Positions 39,269 through 48,698 of a stretch of DNA of 64,000 nucleotides are shown here, piece by piece; within the stretch, counting starts at the first letter, position 1, and every line of letters starts with the position of its first letter. The position numbers were made by a program, and so were the translations under genes. The DNA comes from Chloroflexota bacterium (GTDB lineage Bacteria; Chloroflexota; UBA11872; VXNJ01): assembly GCA_965261345.1 (NCBI GenBank), contig OZ253449.1, positions 1,248,001 through 1,312,000 of the forward strand. Direction: 5' to 3'. The notes under the pieces were generated by a model. The model searched no databases, was not told the DNA's origin, and was given only the letters and a program-made list of their open reading frames with translations.

Positions 39269-40435
39269 TTGCGCGACCGCCCATTCGTCACCTTCAACGC
39301 CTGCCTCATGCTCTCAATGGGCGGGTGGATACCAGTATTGACGCTGCTGGCGATATACATGCGCGAGCATCTGGGCGCCAGCGTGATCGCGGCGATGACC
39401 ACCATATTGATAATCCAGGTTATTTCCACCGGGATGAGCCTGTTTGCCGGTTCATTCGCGGACCGCTGGGGCGGACGCCGGACCTACCTGGTTGGCGTCG
39501 CCGGGATGACGCTCTTTGCGGGGTTGTTGGGCGCAGTCAAGGAGAGCTGGCAGGTTATCGCACTGGCGCCGCTGGCGGGTCTGGTCGTTCCGTTCTACTG
39601 GACCGGAGTTAGCACCTATCTGTTGCAGGCGGTCTCCCCCGGGCGACGCGGCGCCGGGGCGGGCACCCTTGCCTTCATCACGTTCCTGGCGCCGGGCATT
39701 ACCGGTCCCATCTTGACCTTCTTTGGCCAGTCCATCGGGATATGGTTTACGGTGCTGGGCGGGGCCTTTTTGCTGGCTCTGGCCGGGCTGACGGCGGCGC
39801 GACTCTTGCCAGATCTAACCAAAGCCAACGCACGCCCGACGGGCGGGACCCAATTTGCATATTCCGACTATCCACGTTTTCTAACCGACCGCCACAACCT
39901 GGTAGCGGCCCTGGCCCGTTTGATGTCGGGGGCATCCTTTGGGCTGTTCCAACTGCTCTCGGCCCTGGTGCTGTTGGACCTGACCGGAGAGCTCTCGTCG
40001 GTGGGCCTGTTTCTGACCGCCGGCGCTCTCGGCGGCGGCGCCTCGCAGATCCTCATCGGCGCGCTGTCGGATCGGATCGGGCGCCGCAACCTGTTAATTG
40101 CCACCAAATTGGTCGGGGCTACAGCGGCCTTGCTCTTCTGGCGCGGAGATGTCCTGCCGGCGCTGCTGCTCGGGTCGGCGATGCAGTTTTTCGCGCAAGC
40201 CGCTTTCCAGACGCTGATTACGGCTGTCGCTGGCGATTTGGTCAAACCCCGCGACATCCCTGCCATATCAGGGTTGCATACAAGCATGTTTGCGTTCGGC
40301 ATGGTCATCGGGGCCCTGACCGGAGGACTGGTCTGGCAGGTGGACGGGCGGCTCCCGTTTCTATTTATCGGCCTGGGTTTTCTACCTGTGGCGGCCAGCC
40401 TTTTCGTGCTACCGCGCAAGACTCTAAACGTTTAA
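39269..40435 (+). CDS. MFS transporter (paralog A)
   Basis: ADRWGGRR and SDRIGRRN motifs; similar to 40620-41864. Confidence 0.85.
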   Translation: MRDRPFVTFNACLMLSMGGWIPVLTLLAIYMREHLGASVIAAMTTILIIQVISTGMSLFAGSFADRWGGRRTYLVGVAGMTLFAGLLGAVKESWQVIALAPLAGLVVPFYWTGVSTYLLQAVSPGRRGAGAGTLAFITFLAPGITGPILTFFGQSIGIWFTVLGGAFLLALAGLTAARLLPDLTKANARPTGGTQFAYSDYPRFLTDRHNLVAALARLMSGASFGLFQLLSALVLLDLTGELSSVGLFLTAGALGGGASQILIGALSDRIGRRNLLIATKLVGATAALLFWRGDVLPALLLGSAMQFFAQAAFQTLITAVAGDLVKPRDIPAISGLHTSMFAFGMVIGALTGGLVWQVDGRLPFLFIGLGFLPVAASLFVLPRKTLNV

Positions 40436-40619
40436 TGCCGGTAGCTAACTGCTTCATTCGGCGCGAAAGACTTCCTTACCGCGACTGACCGCCCGGACGG
40501 ATGTTGACGATCATGGCGGTCGCCAAACCAGGCCCGGTAGGGCCGGATGGGGATGACACTTTGGAACTGGGGGCTGGAGTCCAGGCGGTTGGATTCCTCC
40601 AACTCAAGGATTACAGCAG

Positions 40620-41864
40620 GTGACCGAACCCCGCGACCCCTCGCCCGCAACGGAGTCGACTCCAATTCCGCCGCGGGTATCGGATCTGGCAAGCGGACTG
40701 CGTGGCCGCCCGTTCATCGTTCTAAATCTTTGCTTTTCGCTCTCGGTTGGCGGCTGGACGCCGATGTATGCCCTGCTGGCGATCATCATGCGCGATCATC
40801 TGGGCGCCGGGGTCTTGGCGGCCATGACCGCATTCGTGGTCAGCCACACCATTGCGACTGGTGTGAGCCTGTATGCCGGCTCCTTTGCCTCCACTTGGGG
40901 TAGCCGCCGCGCTTATCTGGTGGGGGTTGGCGGCTTGGTACTGTTTGCCGCTCTCCTGAGCGTGGCAAACGAGGGCTGGCAGGTAATCGCGCTGGCGCCC
41001 TTGATCGGATTGATGATGCCGTTCCACTGGACCGGCGTCAACACCTACCTTTTGCAGGCAGTAAATGCCCGACGGCGTGGCACTGCGACCGGTATTTCGG
41101 CTTTTGTGATGGTGCTCGCCCCTGGCGTGTTTGGCCCGATACTGACGAACCTGGGCGAAGCGGTTGGAATCTGGGCGACGATATTGGCCGCGGCCGCGAT
41201 AATGGCCCTGGCTGGCCTGGGCGCGTGGCGCTTCCTGCCCGATCTGGGTCCGGCCGAACCGATCTCGGGGAAGGCACTGCGTCCGTCGTTCGCGGCCTAT
41301 CCGCGCCTCCTGGCCGGGTATGCGAATCGAATCATCGCCGGCGCGCGCTTGGTCGCCGGGATTTCGTTTGGTCTCTTCCAGTTGCTGTCGGCATTGGTGC
41401 TATTGGACTTAACCGGCGAGCTATCGTCGGTCGGCTTCTACCTGGCCGCCGGCGCAATCGGAGGCGGAGCGTCACAGGTGATCATCGGAGCTGCCTCGGA
41501 CCGCTTCGGGCGTCGCAACCTGTTGGTACTTGCAATGTTGGTCGGCGCCGGCGCGGCGTTCCTCTTCTGGGGTGGCGGCACCCTTGGCTTGCTGCTGGTC
41601 GCCGCCACCATGCAATGGTTTGCCCAGAGCGCATTCCAGACCCTGATAACGGCAATCAACGGTGATCTGGTTGCCGCTCGCGACGTGCCCGCGGTCTCCG
41701 GCTTGCACGTGGGCATTTTTTCGTTCGGATTGATGCTTGGCTCGCTGCTCGGCGGGACGCTTTGGCAATTTGGATCGGGACTGCCGTTCATGATCGCCGG
41801 GTTGTGTTTCATTCCCGTGATCGTCAGCCTATTTTTCCTGCCGCAGCGAACCCTGGCTCGTTAG
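40620..41864 (+). CDS. MFS transporter (paralog B)
   Basis: SDRFGRRN; shares FGLFQLLSALVLLDLTGELSSVG with paralog A. Confidence 0.87.
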   Translation: MTEPRDPSPATESTPIPPRVSDLASGLRGRPFIVLNLCFSLSVGGWTPMYALLAIIMRDHLGAGVLAAMTAFVVSHTIATGVSLYAGSFASTWGSRRAYLVGVGGLVLFAALLSVANEGWQVIALAPLIGLMMPFHWTGVNTYLLQAVNARRRGTATGISAFVMVLAPGVFGPILTNLGEAVGIWATILAAAAIMALAGLGAWRFLPDLGPAEPISGKALRPSFAAYPRLLAGYANRIIAGARLVAGISFGLFQLLSALVLLDLTGELSSVGFYLAAGAIGGGASQVIIGAASDRFGRRNLLVLAMLVGAGAAFLFWGGGTLGLLLVAATMQWFAQSAFQTLITAINGDLVAARDVPAVSGLHVGIFSFGLMLGSLLGGTLWQFGSGLPFMIAGLCFIPVIVSLFFLPQRTLAR

Positions 41865-42496
41865 CTCCGGACCGCGGCTGGAGATCGCCGGCGAATTTTG
41901 TGGGGAACGCCGAGCAGGCCACCGACTCAATCTGACGACCGTGATTGAATCTTGGCAGCGGATGGCGCCAAACGCTGACTTGGCTCCGCATCAGATGCTC
42001 CTCGGTCGAATTGAGAAGCATCAGGGGTTACAGGTTTCGGCAAGGGTCCGGCGGGCAACGCAGTTGCCCGCCGGGAAAACCTCGAGCTACTTCGCGTTTA
42101 CCGTGATCCGAACTCGCGCGAAGATCAGGTCGTCCACGTGAACCACCCCTCTAGCCAGTGGCGGCCCACCACAACTCGAATATGCTTGTCCTCAAGGAGC
42201 AACCCAGTGGACTGGAGCCGGTGGTTACGGTCGAAATCAGCGAAGAAGACCGAATTGTTTTGTTCTGGCCACGCGGAATGTTTTACCCGACCTTGCTCCA
42301 ATCAACCCGCCGGGTGGTTCGCATCAGCATGCTTTAGCACCATCTGGATCGACGCCAATCAATAACATGAACGCCGAGCGCAGCGGCGTTTGCGCTGCCC
42401 GATTTCCATCCGCGCGACGCGGCGATTTCCAGGGGTTGGAAAAAGATCCAAGTTGGCGCTGTCGCCCGGTGCAGATTCGCTCTCAGGAGGGCAGCG

Positions 42497-42979
42497 GTGG
42501 CAAAAACCGTCTATCTTGCAAACCCATACGGCATGTCCGCCCAGCAAAAGTAATTACTCTTGCGGCCGATCGTTGCGCAATTGGAGGCGCTCGGATTGGG
42601 GGTGTAGGAGCCGTTTAAACGAAACAATCAATTTGAATTCATTGATTTCCATGACGAGGGATGGGCGTACCAGGTTGGCCAGCGTGACTTTGCGGACGTG
42701 CAAAACGCGAACGCAACGTTCGCTGTGGTGAACGGGTGCCCGCCTGCCGAAGGCGTCATGATCGAGGTGGGGATGGCGATCGCGCTAAGGAAGCCGATAT
42801 TCCTATTTCGGGATGATATTCGGCGTGTTTCCGACACCGCCAAGTACCCGATCAACCTCATGATTTTCATCGGGTTGCCCGAGCACGGTTGCGAGGAACA
42901 TTACTACACTGCAGTCGAAGAAATTTCCTCACCGCATAAAACGTTGGCTCTCTGGGCCGCTGATATGTCGTCGGATTGA
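42497..42979 (+). pseudogene. Nucleoside 2-deoxyribosyltransferase pseudogene
   Basis: Colinear with 38391-38855 from GTG 42497 (AKTVYLANPYG); in-frame stops TAA 42551 and TAG 42605. Confidence 0.88.
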
Positions 42980-43328
42980 CTGCAGATTTAGTCGCTCGAA
43001 TCCGGTTTACCTAGCTTTAATAGCAAAAGCAATTCCCCGGCCGAACCCGATGTGAGATGATTCACGTGCGCCTGCGACAACCAGGCGATGGTATTGGGCT
43101 ATTTTTTCGAATTGGCCCTTATTCGATTGGGCGCCAATGCCCGAACGGTGCATGCCCGCAGTTCAAAATTGGGCCTGAGCCCACGGTGGCGCATACGAAC
43201 GGTTGAGAATAAACATCGACGACATGCGGCCTCACCGCGTTGGCCAAGAACCCAGGCTGCTGTGGTGGGCAAATGCCTAAGTTGAGTTCCACCCAGCCCT
43301 GCCAACGCATCCGACAGGGATCGATCTC

Positions 43329-44429
43329 GTGAAAATCACAAATGTCAAGGTCGAAATGTTCACTTGGCGATCGGAACCGTGGAAAACCGGCGTCGGAACG
43401 AACTTTGGGAATGCGCGGCAACTCGGGGTCGTGTGCATTGAAACCGACGCAGGAATCACCGGCAATTCATTTCTAGGCTCCTCGAACGTGGGTGCTGACC
43501 ACTACGTCCCCGGACTGATCAGTTACCTCAAACCGCTCCTGATTGGCCGTAATCCACAGGACATTGGGGCCATCTGGTGGGACATGTGGAAGCAGGTTCG
43601 CTCGGTGTCCAGCCACGCGATCGGCGCCATCGACATCTGTTTGTGGGACATCAACGGCAAGATTGCCGGCCTGCCGATCCATCGGCTGCTCGGCACCTGC
43701 AAGGATTCCGTGCCTGTGTACTCCTCGACCGCCTACTGGGAGGCCATTCCGGAATACGTTGAGGAAGCGCTACGTTTCAAGGCGATGGGCTGGACTGCCC
43801 ACAAGATCCACCCTCATGGAAACGCCAAGGCCGACATCGCGATTTGTCGGGCGGTCCGCGCTGCGGTCGGTAGCGAGATGAAGCTGATGCTCGACTCGAT
43901 GTGGGCGTACCAGTATGAGGACGCCTTGCGCGTTGGCCGAGTTCTTGAGGAACTCGACTTTTACTGGTACGAGGATCCCCTAGTTGAAGAGGACGTTTAC
44001 AACTACGTCAAACTGCACCAGAAGTTAGACATTCCGATCATGTCAACCGAATTTGCGCCCGGAAAGTTTTACGGGATGGCCAACTGGATTACCCAGTACG
44101 CGACCGATTTCTTGCGCGGCGATGTCGCAGTCATTGGCGGGATAACGCCGATGGTTCGGCTTTGCCATCTGGCCGAGGGTTTCAACATGAAGTGCGAAAT
44201 ACATCACGGTGGCAACTCCCTCAACAATGTCGCAAACCTACACATTACGATGGCCGTGCCCAACTGCGAGTTCTTCGAATTCTTTCCCTGCAGCGGCGCG
44301 AATATGTACGGATTAGTCGAAGACATCGACATGGCCGGTGGGAGGGTTTCCGCTCCAACTGAACCCGGTCTCGGCTACCAGATCGATTGGGATTTTGTCC
44401 AACGGGAGTACATCGCAACCATCGAGTGA
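43329..44429 (+). CDS. Mandelate racemase/muconate-lactonizing enzyme family
   Basis: DICLWDINGK, HKIHP, LMLDS, WYEDP, STE, EIHHG. Confidence 0.9.
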   Translation: MKITNVKVEMFTWRSEPWKTGVGTNFGNARQLGVVCIETDAGITGNSFLGSSNVGADHYVPGLISYLKPLLIGRNPQDIGAIWWDMWKQVRSVSSHAIGAIDICLWDINGKIAGLPIHRLLGTCKDSVPVYSSTAYWEAIPEYVEEALRFKAMGWTAHKIHPHGNAKADIAICRAVRAAVGSEMKLMLDSMWAYQYEDALRVGRVLEELDFYWYEDPLVEEDVYNYVKLHQKLDIPIMSTEFAPGKFYGMANWITQYATDFLRGDVAVIGGITPMVRLCHLAEGFNMKCEIHHGGNSLNNVANLHITMAVPNCEFFEFFPCSGANMYGLVEDIDMAGGRVSAPTEPGLGYQIDWDFVQREYIATIE

Positions 44430-44850
44430 ATTCGTAGATTGATGCGGTCGGGTCGGCGCCCTCGTGAGAGCATGGGGAATTCGCGACCGGAAAAAGATTG
44501 CGTATTCTGTGGTTTCAACAGCCTGGACAGACAGGTCTGCGGTCGGCTCAAGGCGATGTCGAAAAGGCGAGCCAACCAACGTCCAAAACACTGGCGTTTA
44601 TATACGTAACTAGACCTACGCCGACTGCATCTCAAAATGCCCGGCGGATCTCATACACATGATTTTCGGCGCCGAGTCGCAGCCGATCGGCCAGACTCGC
44701 TCCCAGCGGAAATTGACGCCGAGATCGTAACGGGTCCTCCATATAAGGAAGGGGGCTGCCGATTTCTGTTCAATCGCGCAGCCGACAGCGTTGCTGTGCG
44801 CACGTATCGCCTGGCGACAACTGCTCTCCTAAAAGTAGTCTGAAAGGCGG

Positions 44851-46761
44851 TTGTCCGGCGGAGTCAAGTCAAGCAGTGCGAACCGAGAAGGAAGGAAGGC
44901 CATTGTGAGTGTGGTGACAGCAGTGGCGGCCCTTGCCGCCATCAGCTTGCTTTTCGCGATGGACCCAGGCGGGGCAATCGCCGAAAGCGGCTTTCCCGAC
45001 TTCCGGGAGATGGACTGGAAGCAGCTGGCGGTCTGGGGCTTCCGCACGATAGGCGTAGTCGTAGCGCAGCTGCTCTTCATCGTGCTGTGGTTGTGGCCCA
45101 AGTTCCGGCCCCCGCAGGCGTCCGAGGAGCATCGACGCCCGTGGGACTCGGGGCCCCCACAGCCCGGTTCAATGCCCGCGGCGGCGGTATCTGCGCTGGA
45201 AGGCCACATGATATGGAGTCCGACGCTGCTGGCCTCCATCATCGAGATGTGCCAGCGCGGCACGCTGCGAATCGAAGCCGTCGGAACAAGGGTCGGCTTC
45301 CTGTACCGGCTGTCTAGGCAGGCTCCCGTACAGCATGACTGGGAGCGGACGATATGCGAAAGCATGCCGTCGCGCGCCACAACTGTTGATGCGCTCCATG
45401 AAGCGGTAAAGAAGCGCGAGGATGCCATCGGCGACCAGATAGGGGACTACCTGCAGCATCGCGGCCTTTTCCATGACAATCCGTTGCGAGTCAGGAGGGA
45501 AAACGACGACGATGCAATCGGATGGGGGATGCTGGCCGGCGCCTTGATGGGCGTTGGCAGCGGGCTTTGGGCGGCTCTGTGGCTGGACCAGTGGTGGGCG
45601 AACGCCCTGATCGGCGCGTTCACAGGTTTCGCATATTTGATGATGGCGCCGTCGATACGAACCGGCATGGTGCCGACAACGCAGAGGGGAGCGCATGAGA
45701 TAAGTCAGTGGCTGGGCTGGAAAAAGACTCTGGCCGGATCTGCCCCGCCCTATGCCCAGCACCAAGCTGCTTCCATGTTGCCCTATGCCGTGGCGCTGAA
45801 TGTGGCCCAGCCATGGCTTGACGTGGCAGGCTCGGCTCCGCCGTGGTTCGGATCAGGCAGCGCATCCTCCCTGCAGGGCGCCGACCTGGACGCGGCCTAT
45901 CACGGTTTCATGCACGCGCCGGAGTGGTACCTGAGCGGAAGGTCGGGCGATGCGGCGAAAGCGGCCGCCGGGATTGGTCATGAGCTCGAGCTACTCGAAT
46001 TGGAGTCGCCGGATACCGGGAAGACCGTGCACAGGGAGACCGCCGACGAAATCCAGGACATAGCCCGTGATCCGGATTCACAGCACAGTTCTTGGGAAGG
46101 TGCGCGACCGCCACCATCGGGCGGGTTTCAACAGTACAAGGGAGAAAGACTGATTGAGGAACCGAAGAGCGGCGGGGGCCTGCGCGGGTGCTTCATATGG
46201 GTGGTAAGCCTGGTAGGCGTAGGGGTGGTGGTCTTGGTCGTCCTGTTCAGCCTCGATGTGGTCTCGCCTCGCGACAAACCGTGTCCCTTGGACTCTCCCG
46301 CGATCCCGACGCCCGTGCAGATTGCGGTGGTCGGCGACCTGTTCCGCGATAAGTGCGTGAGGGTCGGTGGCACGGTCGTGTTCCAGGACACCTACGAGCT
46401 GGTGGTGGAGATGAATCGGGGCGAGTACGTGCAGCGGGTGAACGTACGCGACCCGTCGCAGGTTCTCGAAGCGATCCCTTTTGGCCGCGTGGTGACTCTG
46501 GCTGGGCGGCTCATGGTGGAGGAGGACGGAGCATACGCAGTCCACTTCGTACCGGACCATAGATCGGACCGGGAGTGGTGGCGGAACCTCCGGGACAACC
46601 TTGAAGAGTTGTTCCAGGTTGCTGTGGGTGCGACAGGCTTTGGTGATGCAACGGGCCCGGCAAAACTGGGTGTCGCTGTTCAACCGGTCAATTCACGCAC
46701 CACCCGCGCGGTTCTGATTGGATATAACGACGACCGGCAAATTCTCGTCGGGCGACGCTAG
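44851..46761 (+). CDS. Membrane protein with DUF2207-like central region and extra C-terminal domain
   Basis: PPQPGSMPAAAVSAL, LASIIEMCQRG.LRI, TM pair, LPYAVAL...W..PPWF; start uncertain. Confidence 0.55.
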   Translation: MSGGVKSSSANREGRKAIVSVVTAVAALAAISLLFAMDPGGAIAESGFPDFREMDWKQLAVWGFRTIGVVVAQLLFIVLWLWPKFRPPQASEEHRRPWDSGPPQPGSMPAAAVSALEGHMIWSPTLLASIIEMCQRGTLRIEAVGTRVGFLYRLSRQAPVQHDWERTICESMPSRATTVDALHEAVKKREDAIGDQIGDYLQHRGLFHDNPLRVRRENDDDAIGWGMLAGALMGVGSGLWAALWLDQWWANALIGAFTGFAYLMMAPSIRTGMVPTTQRGAHEISQWLGWKKTLAGSAPPYAQHQAASMLPYAVALNVAQPWLDVAGSAPPWFGSGSASSLQGADLDAAYHGFMHAPEWYLSGRSGDAAKAAAGIGHELELLELESPDTGKTVHRETADEIQDIARDPDSQHSSWEGARPPPSGGFQQYKGERLIEEPKSGGGLRGCFIWVVSLVGVGVVVLVVLFSLDVVSPRDKPCPLDSPAIPTPVQIAVVGDLFRDKCVRVGGTVVFQDTYELVVEMNRGEYVQRVNVRDPSQVLEAIPFGRVVTLAGRLMVEEDGAYAVHFVPDHRSDREWWRNLRDNLEELFQVAVGATGFGDATGPAKLGVAVQPVNSRTTRAVLIGYNDDRQILVGRR

Positions 46762-47235
46762 CGGAAAAGGGGCCCGCCAAGTTGCTAACTGTCTGAGCTG
46801 CGTTTCGGCTTCCTTCGCCGCTTCCGGTCCGCATCGCGAAAGATCGCCCGCGCCAATTCCTTGGCGCTGCTAAGAAACTTAGCCGAAGGTTTGCCGCTGC
46901 TGCGTGCGCGGCGCGACTGCTTCTTGGCGTCGCCTGACGAATCCTGCATTTGCCCGCCCCCTGTATACCACATATGGTAAAGGGGGTTAAGCCCTAGTAA
47001 CAACTATCGCAGGGCCGAGCAAAGTGTCTAGGAAAGTAGATAATCCCCAAAACACTGGACATAATGCAGTTTATGTCTTGTCGGACGCCAATTCATTGCT
47101 TCGCCCAATCAGTTTTTTCGAATTCCCGCGTCAGCTACCTGCATCTGCTAGCCTGCATCTGCTAAAACTCCACTTCGCCGGGTCAGCATCAAAATGGCCA
47201 TTGTTGTGGCGTTTTAACGTCCCGTAGCAGACTAG

Positions 47236-48018
47236 CTACGAAGGGTTGACCACCGAGGTAATCTCATCAGCGATTTCTTCAATCGTGTGCGTTGCGGTGC
47301 TCCGAGCCAGTTTGGCGGCGAGCGATGGACTGCGTTTGAGTAATTCTGCTTTGGTTAGGTTGTGCCAAATGGGCAGCAAAGCTTGGTCATCGTCTGAACT
47401 CAAGTCTCGGGAAACCAGCCCATCCAATTCGTACTGCGGCCACTCTTTATCGAAGAATTCCGGCGAAAGGACAACTACGCCGAAACGACTATTGGCCAAT
47501 CCCGCGTCAATCTTCCTTCGGAGGTTTCCGCCAATTCGCAATTCGAATTCGTCGAACCAAACTCGCAAGTCTCGATCCTCGAGAGCCTGTGCCAGTGGCC
47601 GCACAATATCGTCCTTGTTTTCGCTGGCGTAAGAAATGAATACATCGAAAACTTGACTGGGTCCACCATTTTTTCCATTTGACTGGATTGACTGGTCGCG
47701 GACCAAAGAAGGGACTGATGAAAGCGGGCGCTCTCGAATTTCGGGTAGCGGACGAGGCAATATCCGAATGGAAGCGTTTGTACGCCCTTTTAGGCCCTGC
47801 ATATCGACCGCCACATGCCAATTCCCAGAGTGCGGTATTGCCAGGTGCACGGGTGATCGCCTAGCCATCCCACCTACATATTGGTGCTTGCGCCCGCTTT
47901 TGTATGCAGTGAAATTCGAGCTGTCCAATAGTTGGACGTTTGCCGCGTTCCCAGTGAGGGTGACTTCGACGACTTCGCCGCGTTCGCGGTATCCAATGTT
48001 GCTGTGAATGAAATTCAA
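47236..48018 (-). CDS. DUF1883-TIR domain protein
   Basis: N-terminal GEVVEVTL.GNAANVQLLD...SPVHLAIPHSGNWHV (DUF1883-like); TIR FDVFISYAS, VWFDEF, SRFGVVVLS, WPQYELD, LLPIWH. Confidence 0.88.
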   Translation of the reverse strand: MNFIHSNIGYRERGEVVEVTLTGNAANVQLLDSSNFTAYKSGRKHQYVGGMARRSPVHLAIPHSGNWHVAVDMQGLKGRTNASIRILPRPLPEIRERPLSSVPSLVRDQSIQSNGKNGGPSQVFDVFISYASENKDDIVRPLAQALEDRDLRVWFDEFELRIGGNLRRKIDAGLANSRFGVVVLSPEFFDKEWPQYELDGLVSRDLSSDDDQALLPIWHNLTKAELLKRSPSLAAKLARSTATHTIEEIADEITSVVNPS

Positions 48019-48698
48019 TTCGCCGGTGCCCCGCGATACAAATGTGGGAACAAACTTAGCAATTGGACTTTGTGATTCGCCTGTCTTCCGGAGCCTTTGC
48101 GAACCGCCGAATTAATCACTGCGCTCGCGGCACTGCACAGTCGTTCGGCTTGATTGGCGTTGCCTGTTTCGCTCGAGCGGTCGAGGCCTTGAATCGGGAT
48201 TGTTCAAGAGAAAGTCAATCGTCATTCGGCATTAATCACGTTATGGCTAATCTGGTTTTTCTGGCAGCAGAGGTCGATGATAGGTAATTCTCCATTGAGT
48301 TCAAGCTTAGTCGGGGTGGAGACCATCCCGGACCCGAGCAAATCTGCCGATTTGAATAATACCGGCCTCAATGAACTGCCGGCCACGCTTGTGTGCGAAT
48401 TGCACGCGGAGCGATTTGAGCAAATGTGACTGATCGCACCGAATTGAAATTTCTATAGCGAATATATATCCGTGCGGTAATTGATCGTCTGCGCGGCAAT
48501 TGGCGCTCGGGCGATCAGGAGTCTGCGAGAAAGCCTCACACGTTGGATTTCTGGTCCAAAATTGATCCCGAATTGACGGGGTTTCGACCAAGAGTTTGAC
48601 CCTTTGTTGCCAATGATGGATCCACTCTGGCAATCCAGCGTCTTGACACCCATTAATCGAAACTCACCCAGGATTAGGTTCGGATTATTTGAGGCCCT

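Noticed and set aside
41880-42370. Coding-like minus-strand fragment
   Set aside because: Stops in all frames; family not identifiable
48307-48653. Minus-strand ORFs of 108 and 66 aa between TIR and RT
   Set aside because: No motif or RBS, and they overlap in different frames
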